DNA of 64,000 nt from Podarcis tiliguerta (GCA_965153285.1 OZ229119.1), one strand, 5' to 3'; numbered from the stretch's first letter, positions 11,247 through 23,311 are shown. Translations and numbers: made by a program. The notes: generated from the letters alone by a model not told the origin.

Positions 11247-11365
11247 TAGAATCAGAATTGGAAGAGACCCTGAGGAGCATCTAGTCCAATCTCCTGCAGT
11301 GTTGGCATATGCAGCTGTGCCATATGGGGATTGAGCTTGCAACCATGCTCCAACTGAGCTATCCA
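11247..11365 (-). mobile_element. tRNA-head/CR1-tail SINE remnant
   Basis: ATAGAATC tail and CATCTAGTCCAA CR1 3' motif on the minus strand; TAGCTCAGTTGG A-box-like head. Confidence 0.55.
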
Positions 11366-11771
11366 GGTAAGTGTTTATTTTAATATAAAAAATGGGGGGA
11401 ATTAAGTACATATGAGTAACACTAGGAGAAGCATGCCAGGGCTTTCCTTAGAATAATGCAGTAGTGAAATTATATATACATAAACAGCGTGTCCTCAGTT
11501 TCTCTCAAATGCCTAGGAATCCTCTTAAACCATATCCTCAAGGTGGTGGTAGAGAAACTGGCAATACAGTAGTCTGATCCTGAGGCAGGCTGAAATAATG
11601 CATTTGGGTCATGTATTTTGTGCTGAGACCTAACCTTGTGGATTTCAGCCTCCTGGGGAGGTGAAGGGAGAACACTTTTAAGATGGCATCACGCAATGCA
11701 GCACCTTGTGTTAATAAGAAGGTTTTAAAAATATTTATTGGGTGGTGCTTTCCATTGGAAAATTTTGTTCA

Positions 11772-11773
<2 letters not shown>

Positions 11774-11803
<30 letters not shown>
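11774..11803. repeat. (TG)n microsatellite
   Basis: About 15 TG units. Confidence 0.95.
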
Positions 11804-11805
<2 letters not shown>

Positions 11806-13267
11806 CGGGGGGTGGTTGCTGTAAATATCAGGGCTATGAAACTTTGCAGTTAAAGCAAGGAGGCTGCTTTTCTGGCTTTCTTTGTATGATCTCTGAATTA
11901 CATTACATAAGAACTCTACTGGATCAGGCCAGAGGCCCACCTAGACCAGCATCCTGTTCTCACAATAGCCAACTAGATGAGAAGTCTGATGAGGGCCTGA
12001 GCACCAGAGTGTTCTCCCCTCTTACAGTTTCAAGCAACTAGTATTGAGAAGCATACTGCCTCCCTGAAACCTGATCCTCTTTTAAAGCCAGGCAAGTTGG
12101 TGACTATAACAGACTGCAATGATATGAGTTGAAAAACCAGATCATACAATATTTGTGCAAATCATGAGCAGTCTAGCTATCCCGAAGGACTGGAAAAGCG
12201 GACAGTCTTAAATCCTAATTTGAAGTCAGGCTCACCCAGATCAATGGGGCTTATGACCACAGAAACAGAATTAACAAAACCAGGATCCATAAGTAACTAC
12301 CATAATAAAGAGCAATTCTATACATGTTTGCTCAGGCATATGTCCTGTAGTGCTAGGAGGATCTTACACCCAGCTAAATTAGTACTGTATAGGACTGCAA
12401 TATCAGTCCCTTTTTAACAACTTTTATCCCAGATATATTTTCTTGTTCACTTACATTAAGTGGTGTGTATAATTTTATTCAAGAATTTATAAATAATATT
12501 GTCCGATGACAATGCTGATCCTCAAAAGCAGTCTTGTCAGAATGTTTTTTGAATACACAAACTTGGAGAACTTCATGGGAAATTGGGGGGGGGGCTACTT
12601 TCTGACCTTTTCAGCTGTTCACTGAACTACTTTAGTAAACACAATTGTTGCCTCATGGAGGATCAGGTGACACCCTGTCTGGAAATTGCCTTGGATCAGC
12701 TTTTTCGTTCTGTGTAACTTGCTGCTTGGTTGTATAGTTGTTTTGACTTCTATGCTGATTATTAAGAGAGCACACTGGGAATTGTTACAGTGGTTTATAT
12801 GAATGTCATGTGCTCATATAAATGTAAGTCAGAGCTTTGGTTGTTTGCCTGGTTATTTTGATTACTGATAATTAAAGTGAGCTGTTGTAGAGGAAATGGC
12901 TTTTTGTTTAATCTGAGGGAACTGGGGCCACAGAGTATTATTATCAATAATGCAATTATCCTTTTATGCCACAAACTCAATCAAGTCTTCCTGATACTTT
13001 TTAATTGTTTTCACTTGGGATGGAGACACAGCTTGTGATCTTTCTGCAGACGTGGGCTTTGCATTTCCATTTGGCTAAACTCCATGGAAGGCTGAGTCCC
13101 TCCTTTCCTCACACATACTAATGTTCATCTTTAACTTGCTTTCTTTTTAAAGTTGTTCTGCAACTGAACTGCCACCCTTTGGTGGGAAAAATAATAATTT
13201 GACTGGCCTCGAGTTCTTTAGTTGCTACCATTTCCCCCCCTCCTGTGCCTTTATAGATTTTCCAGTA

Positions 13268-13508
13268 CAGTCATACCTCGGGATAAATGTGCTTCAAGTT
13301 AAGTATTTTCAGGGTGCGCTCCACGGCGACCCAGAAGTAATGGAGCACGTTCCTTCTGGGTTTTGCCGCACGTGCATGCGCAGATGGTCAAAATGATGTC
13401 ACGCACATGCGCAGAAGCAGCGAAACACGGCCTGTGCACGTGCAGACGCAGGTTGCGTTCGCTTCAGGATGCGAACAGAGCTCCGGAACGGATCCCGAGG
13501 TACCACTG
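13268..13508. mobile_element. Tigger/pogo-type MITE, family B
   Basis: TA flanks; CAGTCATACCTCGGG...CCCGAGGTACCACTG termini; inverted relative of 36695-36954. Confidence 0.8.
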
Positions 13509-13510
13509 TA

Positions 13511-13627
13511 TTAACTAGAAGGTTGGTGGTTCAAGCCCACCCAGGGACAGCTATAGGCAGGATTCCTGCATAGCAGGGGATTGAGCTAGATGACCCTCAG
13601 GGTCAACTTCCAACTCTATGATTCTAT
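13511..13627 (+). mobile_element. tRNA-head/CR1-tail SINE fragment
   Basis: B-box GGTTCAAGCCC and tail CTAGATGACCCTCAGGGTC...CTATGATTCTATG. Confidence 0.6.
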
Positions 13628-13800
13628 GTTGCACTAGGGCAGGTATGGGGAACCTTTGGCCCTCCTGATGTTGCTGAACATCAGGCAATTGGCCATGCTT
13701 GCTGGAGCTGTCAGGAGTTGTTCAGCAACCTATCGGGGGCCTAAGATCACCCACACCTGTACTAGGCCAACAGACCACTTTAATCCACTCTAATTGGATT

Positions 13801-14116
13801 GGGACACGGGTGGCGCTGTGGGTTAAAGCCTCAGCGCCTAGGGCTTGCCGATCGAAAGGTCGGCGGTTCGAATCCCCGCGGCGGGGTGCGCTCCCGCTGT
13901 TCGGTCCCAGCGCCTGTCAACCTAGCAGTTCGAAAGCACTTTCGGGTGCAAGTAGATAAATAGGGACCGCTTACTAGCAGGAAGGTAAACGGCGTTTCCG
14001 TGTGCGGCTCTGGCTCGCCAGAGCAGCGATGTCACACTGGCCACGTGACCCGGAAGTGTCTTCGGACAGCGCTGGCCCTCGGCCTCTTTGAGTGAGATGG
14101 GCGCACAACCCTAGAG

Positions 14117-14151
<35 letters not shown>

Positions 14152-14191
14152 GAGTCTGTCAAGACTGGCCCATACGGGCAGGGGCACCTTT
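13801..14191 (+). mobile_element. Full-length Sauria SINE with internal (TTA)n insertion
   Basis: A-box TGGCGCTGTGG, B-box GGTTCGAATCC, ACCTTT tail; TSD TAATTGGAT at 13791-13799 and 14192-14200. Confidence 0.9.
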
Positions 14192-14309
14192 TAATTGGAT
14201 AAAACTACATAAAGCATAATAACGGTCCAAACCTATAAAGTTCCAATACATGCTTGAATCCTTTCCACAAAATAGTCTGGATGCACCACCTATCTGAGCA
14301 TTTTTTAGC

Positions 14310-14485
14310 CCTGTGGAACGCCCTCCCACCAGATGTCGAGGAAATAAACAACTATCTGACTTTTAGAAGACATCTGAAGGCAGCGCTGTTTAGGGAAGTT
14401 TTTAATGTTTGATCTTTTATTGTGTTTTTAATATCCTGTTGGAAGCCGTCCAGAGTGGCTGGGGAGGCCCAGCCAGATAGGCGGG

Positions 14486-14522
<37 letters not shown>
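14310..14522 (+). mobile_element. L2 LINE 3' end with (ATT)n tail
   Basis: Same sequence as the 3' ends at 47897-48335 (-) and 51825-52150 (+). Confidence 0.8.
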
Positions 14523-14523
<1 letters not shown>

Positions 14524-14524
14524 T

Positions 14525-14786
14525 CCGGCCAACCTAGCAGTTCGAAAGCATGCCAATGCAAGTAGATAAATAGGTATCGCTGTGGTGGGAAGGTAAACGG
14601 TGTTTCCGTGCGCTCTGGCACTAATCACGGTCCTCCGTGCACCAGTAGTAGTTTAGTCATATTGGCCACGACCCGGAAAACTGTGGACGAACGCCGGCTC
14701 CCTTGGCCTGAAAGCGAGATGAGCGCCACAACCCCTAGGTCGCCTTTGACTGGACTTAACTGTCCAGGGGTCCTTTACCTTTTACC
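14525..14786 (+). mobile_element. 5'-truncated Sauria SINE nested in the L2 (ATT)n tail
   Basis: CCAACCTAGCAGTTCGAAAGC body and CCTTTACCTTTTACC tail; (ATT)n on both sides. Confidence 0.85.
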
Positions 14787-14899
14787 ATTATTATTATTAT
14801 TTAATATATAAATAAAAGCAGCTGAGTACGGTTCCTATTGAATTTAGCACATTTGGTCTCAGCTTCTGTTCAGGGATATTTGAACCTTGGTGGTTAGTA

Positions 14900-15128
14900 C
14901 AGTGGTACCTCGGGTTACATATGCTTCAGGTTACAGACTCCACTAACCCAGAAATAGTACCTCGGGTTAAGAACTTTGCTTCAAAATGAGAACAGAAATA
15001 GCACGGCGGTGGCGGCGCAGCAGCAGCGGGAGGCCCCATTAGCTAAAGTGGTGCTTCAGGTTAAGAACAGTTTCAGGTTAAGAGCGGACCTCCAGAATGA
15101 ATTAAGTACGTAACCAGAGGTACCACTG
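14900..15128. mobile_element. Tigger/pogo-type MITE, family A
   Basis: TA|CAGTGGTACCTC...GAGGTACCACTG|TA. Confidence 0.9.
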
Positions 15129-15436
15129 TATAGTAGGAATTCCCAGTTGACTATCTCTCTCTGTATTATTTGTAGGTCAAGAGGCTGGCTTCCCACGTGT
15201 CGCAAAGCAGATGCACGAGCTGTTAAGTGTTATCCTTGTGTTTTGCAGTAAAAAAAAAAAAAGACGTTTTGCAAAATTCTTGTTAGCCAACTTAAAAAAG
15301 AAAAGAAAAAAGTGCTGCACATGACTAATGTTAAACGGTTAATTGTGTGGTTTTGAATATTGTCCATATGTTCCAAATGACCATAGGCATCCTAGTCCTA
15401 AACAAGTTTACATGCCACTAAGTTTAAGAAGATAAT

Positions 15437-15545
15437 CTGAAGAAGTGTGCATGCACACGAAAGTTTATACGAAGAACAAACTTAGTTGGTCTCTGAGGTG
15501 CTACTGGACAATGTTTTTTTATTTATTATATATATATTTCGATTG
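15437..15545 (+). mobile_element. Penelope-like retroelement terminal fragment with a degenerate hammerhead ribozyme core
   Basis: CTGAAGA-A-GTGTGCATGCACAC-GAAA-GTTTA followed by TTAGTTGGTCTCTGAGGTGCTACTGGA, resembling recalled reptile PLE termini. Confidence 0.7.
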
Positions 15546-15590
15546 TACAAAGTGTGCTCAGGAGGACAACTATTTCCTCCAACCTGGAAC

Positions 15591-15709
15591 CATGGACGTA
15601 GCAAGGGGGTGGGGCAGGGAGAGGCAGCTGCCCCACTCCCTAAATCAATAAAAATACATAGTAAACTGAGGGCCTGTTCCCCCTAACAAAAATCCTGACT
15701 ACATCCATG
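15591..15709. mobile_element. 119-bp MITE with an 11-bp flanking duplication
   Basis: TIR CATGGACGTAG / CTACATCCATG; flanks CAACCTGGAAC (15580-15590) and CAACCTGGGAC (15710-15720). Confidence 0.7.
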
Positions 15710-15899
15710 CAACCTGGGACATTTCATTCCTATGGGGTTGCATTGAGTTTTGTTGTTGACGCCTCTCATACAAAATATCAGAGCAATGTACCAACAACAT
15801 TACAAAAGAGACAAAATACCAATAAAAACATGATAGATCCCCCCACCCATATCTACCTCCTTTTCGAAATGAGTACGATTCCCCACCCCCTGCTCCGGG

Positions 15900-16720
15900 G
15901 GGGACAAAAAAACAACAGCAGAGAGAGAGCGCGCGCAAAATTTGCATTAATAGATCATTCAGGTGTTATAAATTTGACTAAGTAATGAAAACGGAGTGAA
16001 AACAGTCCGCGCCCCATTTTCTGGACGAGGTTCGGTTTGCCAGAGCTCACCATTCGGTCTTCCTGTAGGGAGAACTACAAGCCCCATGATGCAACGGGGC
16101 CTCTCCTGCCTTCCCGTATTGCCGCTCCGCAGGCGAAGGGCGGGGTCGAGGAGCGGCAAGTCGGGAATCGCTTCCGGTGCGAGGGGTCGCGAGGGGTTCC
16201 CTGCCTGAGAGTCTGCTTCTCTCCCCAGTGAGGTCCCTCTTGGCGCCTGCCAGTGGCCGCTTGAGGATGGATGAGGACGGGCTGCCCCTCGTAGGCTCCG
16301 GCATCGACCTGACCAAGGTACAGGCGGCGCCAGGTAGTTGGCGTTGCTCCCTGAGGCCGGCGCCAGGTCCCCAGGGAGCGAAGGAGGCAACTTCCCCCTG
16401 TGGGATTCTCCCCCCATCCCCCCCTCGTCATCTCTTAAAAAGAGAAGCTGACAAGCTCTGTGAATCGGGGCTGCTGCTTTTGCCCTTGCAGGGCTCCTCC
16501 TGGACCTCTGGCATGCAGAAGTTCGCCAGGAGAAGCCGCGCTCCTTCGCCTGTGGTGTCGTGTTTTTATTAAAGATGCAGAAACTATGCGGGTGGGGAGG
16601 TGGGAGCGCGGGTAGGGCAACCTCTAAGGAAGCACAAGTGTATGGAGGCTGAGGGTTAGAGAAGAGGGCGGTTGCGAGGAACTGGGGGGCGGAGGGTGTC
16701 CTCACGGGAGTCAAAAGTGG
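15900..16720 (+). promoter_or_regulatory. WASHC3 CpG-island promoter with ZNF143/THAP11-type motif (AACTACAAGCCCCATGATGCAAC, 16073-16095) and ETS site (CTTCCGG, 16171-16177)
   Basis: CpG-dense region spanning coding exon 1; motifs typical of TATA-less housekeeping promoters; boundaries approximate. Confidence 0.8.
16267..16317 (+). CDS. WASHC3: WASHC3 (CCDC53) coding exon 1 (MDEDGLPLVGSGIDLTK)
   Basis: Strong Kozak aggATGG; AAG|gtacag donor; matches human MDEDGLPLMGSGIDLTK. Confidence 0.97.
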
Positions 16721-18904
16721 CTTAGATTCCTCTGCCATTCGTCTCCTCTGGGAACCAGTTGAGTGAAAAAAGAATACAGTACACGCTGGGCCTCCTTCGT
16801 GGAAGTTACAAGAGGCTTGCATAGCAAACTTATATTCTGTGCCCTTATACGCCAGTTTGTTAACAGGTAGTAGCAACCACTGGTCATCTGACCCCCCCCC
16901 CCCCAGTAGCCAAGTCTTGAAGGTTTCCAAAACATCTTGAACAAAGAGCATTTTTTAGCCCTTGATCATCAAGCATCCCTCTGAATTGGTTGTTTGCTCT
17001 TCCATTCCCTACTTTCTGTCATCCATAAGATTGTCTGTTTAAACCATGTCCCTTTTTTCATTTTTAACTCATTTGACCAGGCCTTTCTGCACTGTAGTCA
17101 ATTTTGGAGGTTGTTTTTCCCCCCCTTCTGGCTCTGATTCACTCTTGAGTGCAATTGTTCTGGAGCAGGCTTGATAACCCATGTAGCATATTGCTCAGTC
17201 CCAATTCCCCTGGGGAAACTTAAATAGCTACACTGCAGTACTGATTTGGAAAATTTATTAATGGGTCTGGAAGGTTGCAGGAACAGCATGAGCTGAATTT
17301 CTCAATGTGTGCGTGCAACTCATCTAACCCTAATGTAATGCAAGTTTGATTCCATAAATCATTGACTTCCAAGCTGTGTTCTGGAAAATCCAAAGTGTGT
17401 TGTTGGACCAGGACCAGGGAGACCCAGGTTAAAATCCCCACCAGCCATTAAGTTCCTTGGGTGATCTTGAGCCAGTCACTCTCTCTCAGTCTAAACGTCA
17501 CCACAGTGTTGTTCTGAGGATGAAATGGGTGGTGGTGGTTGCATGCTATTCTGCATGCTAAAATGTAACAAACCCTTGCCTCAGATACTACATGAAATCA
17601 ATAATGGCAGATAAAGTTCCCTGGCAGACAGTTTGTCAGATCTGCCAATCTTCTTTTGCAGTATGCCAGTGCTCTGCATGAACCTGTTGTATTCCCCTAA
17701 AACAGGTCTTGCGTTCTACTACAGCAGACACCCCGGTAGCGCTTCCTTGGCAGATGACAAGCCAGTGGTTCCTTGAAAGCAGGAAGCTTCAAAATCACAA
17801 GGCAGTAAACTTAGTGAAATATAATCCAATGACAGTAGCAAGCAGGTAAAATGGGGAGAACTCTGCAACACTCCATAAGAAAATCCACTGTTAGATTTCT
17901 GCTGTGGCAACACATTGCACTTTGATCATGTATGCAGGATCCAGTAGTCCCTAGGATGACGTTTTTCCATGCCAGACACCATAGTGGAAGATGCATGATA
18001 CTTAAAAAAAAGAAATTCCACACTTACTGGAAAGATAAATTCCTTTCTGACTTTCATAGATAACTCCTGAAGCATCTAATTTAACATATCTCCATGAGCT
18101 GTCACTGAAATATTTCATCATAAATGCCTGTTGTAAAAATTTTATTGGTTGATTCATAGATAAAGCCATAACTTGGTGGCTGTTGTGGATTTGCAGTAGG
18201 ATAGCGATGATGATGGAAGTGTTTTTAGGCTAGCCCATGCCCTCACAAATGACTATAAAAATAAGTTTGTCGGAGAAACTGTTTAATATACTTCCAAAAT
18301 CCATCCACTTCCTTTTTCATAATGTGAGACTTGCAGCCCCTGCATATTCATACTTACTCAGAAGTAAGTACCACTGAATTTGATGGTATTGGAGATAGCA
18401 GATATCTGTTCTGTTTTACATTTGTAGTCTGTCCCATTCTTGTAGATTAGTGTTAAGGAGCCTGTGGCCCTCCAGGTGTTGTTGGACTCATGTTCCCATC
18501 ATCTCTGACAGCTGGTTATGATTGGTGAGGCTGATGGGAACTGAAGTCTCATCTGGAGGTTTTCCAACCCTGTTATAGAACTACCACGTTTACATATTTG
18601 AATCTGTGACTCAGATGGAAAACCATATGCCCATCCAGTTTGCATATGTTCCAAAACTGGGAAGAACTGCAAGCATGATAGAGCACAGGATTACACTTTT
18701 ATGTGACTTACATAACTTGAAGCATTGATCTGAAAATAATAAATTGGATTTCAGCATATCCATAGCAAAAGTGCAGCAGATATGTGTATTCAAACACTGG
18801 TTAGGGGTGTTGGGAGCAACTTTGCTCAGTTTTATCATCATATAGGTTTTGGGTGTTACAGAATGAGCCTTGCTATTGTTGTATTTGTGCTTTGAACAAC
18901 GCAG

Positions 18905-19003
18905 GTTCCTGCCATCCAGCAGAAGAGAACAGTGGCATTTCTAAACCAGTTTGTGGTTCACACAGTTCAGTTCCTTAACCGATTTTCCACTGTTTGTGAA
19001 GAG
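18905..19003 (+). CDS. WASHC3: WASHC3 exon 2 (VPAIQQKRTVAFLNQFVVHTVQFLNRFSTVCEE)
   Basis: gcag acceptor, GAG|gtaagt donor; matches the recalled human peptide. Confidence 0.97.
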
Positions 19004-21628
19004 GTAAGTAAGTATACACTGTACTACCTTGGGGAAGGGGGTGGGTGCATGTTGCAGACAGGATTTGCATTGTTGGCTAATAGTCTGCTGTGTGGTGCAT
19101 AAGCCCATTCCCTCTGATGAATTTTGTAAGACATGGTTAAAATACAGGGTTCATTACTGCTAACTTTCCTAAAGAGATGATGCTTTGAAAGTTCAGTAAC
19201 TCTTCCTCTTCAAGGAGGAAAAAGACACTGGCTGGAAAGTACATGGGGTCCTTTAGCTTTTTAGGGTCTGACATGGTGCAGTAGATAGCACCAAGCATGG
19301 CTATCAGAGGCCCACATTCAAATAAGGAGCATAGGAAGCTGACTCAGGTCAGACGAGCCTTCGAGCCCAGTATTTTCCACTTTGATTGGCAGTCTTTCCC
19401 ATCGCCTGCTACCTGCTTCTTCTAAGCAGAGATGCCATGACATGTTATCTGCCACACAGCTATAATCTCCTTGTTCTGCTGCGAAGCTCACTGGAAGGTC
19501 TTAAATCCCTAAATCATTCTGGGTTGTTGTGTTTTGTGTGTGTGTGCTTGTTTTTTGTTTGTTTAATTCAAAGTATCCCAGACAGTGCATAATGTAATAA
19601 AAATTAAAACAGTACATAATTATTCATGTTCTATAGATGTTTATGGATTGATTTTATTGTATTGTATATGCTGTAAGCTACCTTGATATATTTCCCAAAA
19701 GTGCAGATTATGTACTTCAAATAAATAAATAAATATTATAAAAACACCAACAATCAGATAAATAATTAAAAAATTAAAAAGGGACATCTGGAGAAAGGCT
19801 CAGACCAGGTGGACTTCCCTCTTCAGGGCATTGCATTGCCCAGGCACCACTCTAGAAAAGACTTACCCCTTGTGGCCATCTGGCATTCTTCGTATGGCTG
19901 GGCCTCCACATGAACAAACCACGATGGCTATGTAGAACCTCCACCATTGGAGACTATGCCTCTGAAGGCCAGTTGCTGGGAATCCCAAGTGGGGAGAGTG
20001 CTCAGTTGTGCTCATGTCCTGCTTGCAAGCTTCCCATATCCATTTGGCTTGCCACTGCGAGAAAAAGATGCTGGACTGCACAGGCCCTTAATCTTCTCCA
20101 GCAGGCTCTTCGTATGTTCAAAGGTCAGACAGATTCGGAGGTAGAGGTGATTCTTCAGATCAACTTTGTCACAGCCGCCCTCCAGATGTTTTGTACTACA
20201 ACTCCTTTCATCCCTGACAGGTGGTCATGTTGTCTGGGCCAATAGGAGTTTGAATCCAACAACATCTGGAGGGTACCCTCTTGGGGAAGGCTACTTTAGA
20301 TCCTAGGGTCCCTGGATCTATCCACCTACTAGGGCAATTGTGTTGATGAGAGAAGGATAGGAAAGTGTTCCGTACACTGATAAATGCCATAAGAATCCTA
20401 TTGTATAGAAATCAGCTTCTAGTGTTCCTTCCTACTCAATGCACATCAGCAAGAAATGGAACTTGTGGTGGGGCTTTGCAGATAGCAGCAAAATTCATTC
20501 TCAGTAATTGGGGTCCTAGGGCGTATCCAGGGTCCCCGACCAGGTTTAGCCATTCCCATTGCTTTATCTTCCATAAGTGAGCGTTTGCTATTCACCCATG
20601 TGGGGTAAAGTAAAGCAATGTCATTGATGACACTGTTGGGTTTGAAGGTAAACCTGCCCTTGGACTGTGTGGTCTTGTCATCACTGATGGTGAAACAGGG
20701 AAGGGGCACCATCTGTCTCTGTGCATACTGCACCCTGCAGAAGTCCTTTCAGTATGCAAGCCCTCCCTCATGCACCATTATTTATTTGTATTTTCACAAA
20801 ATATTTCCAGGCTGGCCTTTGCAAGCAATCAGTATTGGTTGGCGCCAATAGGCTTTGCAGACTTACTTGCATTGCTACATTTAAATTTTAAGTCCTATCA
20901 CCTTCCTTCAACTTCATCTAAAAAGGCACCATCATAAGGTTTTCTGATATATAAATGACTTCAGATAAATTGACTTTGAACAGCTAAAAACCAGATGGCT
21001 AGTTCTTTTTCTTTCTTTTTTATCCCAAAGTCTTGACAGCCCTAAATGCTTGTGTGTGGTCATTTTTTAAAAATGACATCCATTCCAAAGAACAAAGAGG
21101 CATCTATAAAGAAAGAGATGGAGACCAAAAAGTAATAACAAAACCCCAAGCTCATCAACATCTGTGCTTCTTTGTCTCTATTATGTTGGCTGGTTGGCAT
21201 ATTTCTCAGGGTGTTAAAGATTTTGGCTCTAAGAGCCCAGCAAAAAGTTACTACCGTGCCAGGAGGCAGGGAGAAAAATGCTACAGATCTGCCAGCCAAC
21301 ACACTAGCCAAGGGTACAACACAGGCTGGTTGCATATGGCAGCAATTAGTTCAAGCCGTCATATCAGTTCTTAAGGTTTGGGCTTTTTTGCAAATCATCT
21401 TGCATTTTAAAATAAGTCTTGCATAGCTTTTGGAGCATTGTGTCAGTTCACCTGACCTTTTATCAGATTTATTCCACCACTTCCAAATTGGATTACTATT
21501 TACGAGTAGGTCTCAATGCTTTACTTGGAAGATGGGTTTGTAATACTAATTGCTCAGGTTTCACTTGTTTTGATGTGGAGGAGGTGGGTTAGGCTATTTT
21601 GATTGTGGCATGTCATGGGATTGTAATA

Positions 21629-21870
21629 CAGTGGTACCTCTGGTTACATACTTAATTCATGCCGGAGGTCTGTTCTTAACCTGAAACTGTTCTTAACCTG
21701 AAGCACCACTTTAGCTAATGGGGCCGCCTCCTGCTGCTGCGCTGCCGCTGCACAATTTCTGTTCTCATTTTGAAGCAAAGTTCTTAATCCGAGGTAATAT
21801 TTCTGGGTTAGCTGAGTCTGTAACTTGAAGCGTATGTAACCTGAAGCATATGTAACCCGAGGTACCACTG
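21629..21870. mobile_element. Tigger-type MITE family A (WASHC3 intron 2)
   Basis: TA flanks and CAGTGGTACCTC TIRs. Confidence 0.9.
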
Positions 21871-23245
21871 TATAGCATTCCTCATGTAAAGATGAGCAGT
21901 AACTTTTGTTTATTAAATTGTTTCACTCTTATTCTACCCTTTTGCAAAAACTATATGGGGAGGTTTATAGCATTTTCCTCTCCCAGTAGGCAGGTTCATT
22001 TAAAGGAGTAATTGTTCTGTTTGCAACTTTCACATAGCCTTTCATCCCCAAACCTTTGAAATCAGTAGAGATACACACAACAATCTATATCTGGTCTGAG
22101 TAAAATTCACGTGTTCATTTATAGTCTGGTCCATTTCCTCATTAATCTGCAATTTTTTATAAAAACAATCTGTACAAAAATTCTTCTATATGCCAGGATT
22201 CAGCATTCTCTGACCACCAGTGCAAGGGCTATTGCGCTACTGTAGCAATGAAAATAAAGGGTGGGCAATACCAAGTGCAGTGCAACAATTGTGCTAGTGG
22301 GAGCTTGTTGTGCAGCAGTTTGTTCAACAGGAAATATCGGTACTACAGCAGCAATCTGTTGCACAATCAGCAAAGAGAATCACAGTCATTTCCTGTACTT
22401 TCTCTTGGTTGAGCCATTCTTCTGGCACAAGTACACCACTAAGCAGTTTTAAATCAATGCGACATTGAAATCCTCTCACAATCTCAATATACACATTTCT
22501 GATCCTACTTTACCATAAAATGCATATTTGTTTAAATATTTTGATACCTTTTGTGGTGAGGACTTTATTGCGAAATTTTGAGAACTGCAAAATCCAAAGG
22601 ATAATTTCGTTGTGATCCGCGTATTTGTTCTAGAGGTGTGAATTAGGTTAGTTCACTTTAAAAACTAACCAGTTCTGTATCCTATTGTGCAGCCCTTAAC
22701 ACATGACTCTTCAGAGTGCCCAGTTTTATCTTGTTCCTAGTCAAGGGTTTAAGATTCATTTTACACAATACTATTACGTAATAATTTGAAATAAAGTCTA
22801 TATGGCAGGCTCGTTCATAGATACTTTATTAATTGTCTGTGCAAAGTAAAAATTGCTTCCAGGCAGCCAATGACAGAATTTTTTTTTAAAGTTGTCTTTT
22901 TTAGGCCACAGGTGACAATCAGCTATTTTGGGGCAGATGGGATGTTAAATGTTTTTGAGAGCTAGCAACTATTTACCAGGCTTCACTGTTGTATATGCAC
23001 CAACTCTGGTATACAGCCTAATGTTATAATCAGAGGTTGATCTTGAGGTATTTTAGACCACCTGTGTGACAAGGCTTACAGGATCATCGTATAATATGCC
23101 ACATATTATCCTCCGAAAGAGTGAGGCAATAAGTATTTTGGGGGAGGGAGTGGAATGCTAAGTATTCCTGAGCAGGGAGGGCAGAGGAGAGAATTGCCAG
23201 TGAGTAAAAGTATGGAGTAATATATTTCACTTCCATCTTTCCCAG

Positions 23246-23311
23246 AAATTGTCAGCACTTTCCCTCCGTATTCAGCAGATTGAAACTACACTGAACATCT
23301 TGGATGCAAAG
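23246..23311 (+). CDS. WASHC3: WASHC3 exon 3 (KLSALSLRIQQIETTLNILDAK)
   Basis: ttcccag acceptor, AAG|gtttgt donor; coiled-coil segment. Confidence 0.96.

Noticed and set aside
15959-16951. 330-aa antisense ORF across the WASHC3 promoter
   Set aside because: Largely spans a stop-poor CpG island, has a low-complexity Pro/Arg/Ala/Gly composition and no recognisable domain. It would need Ribo-seq or conservation support.
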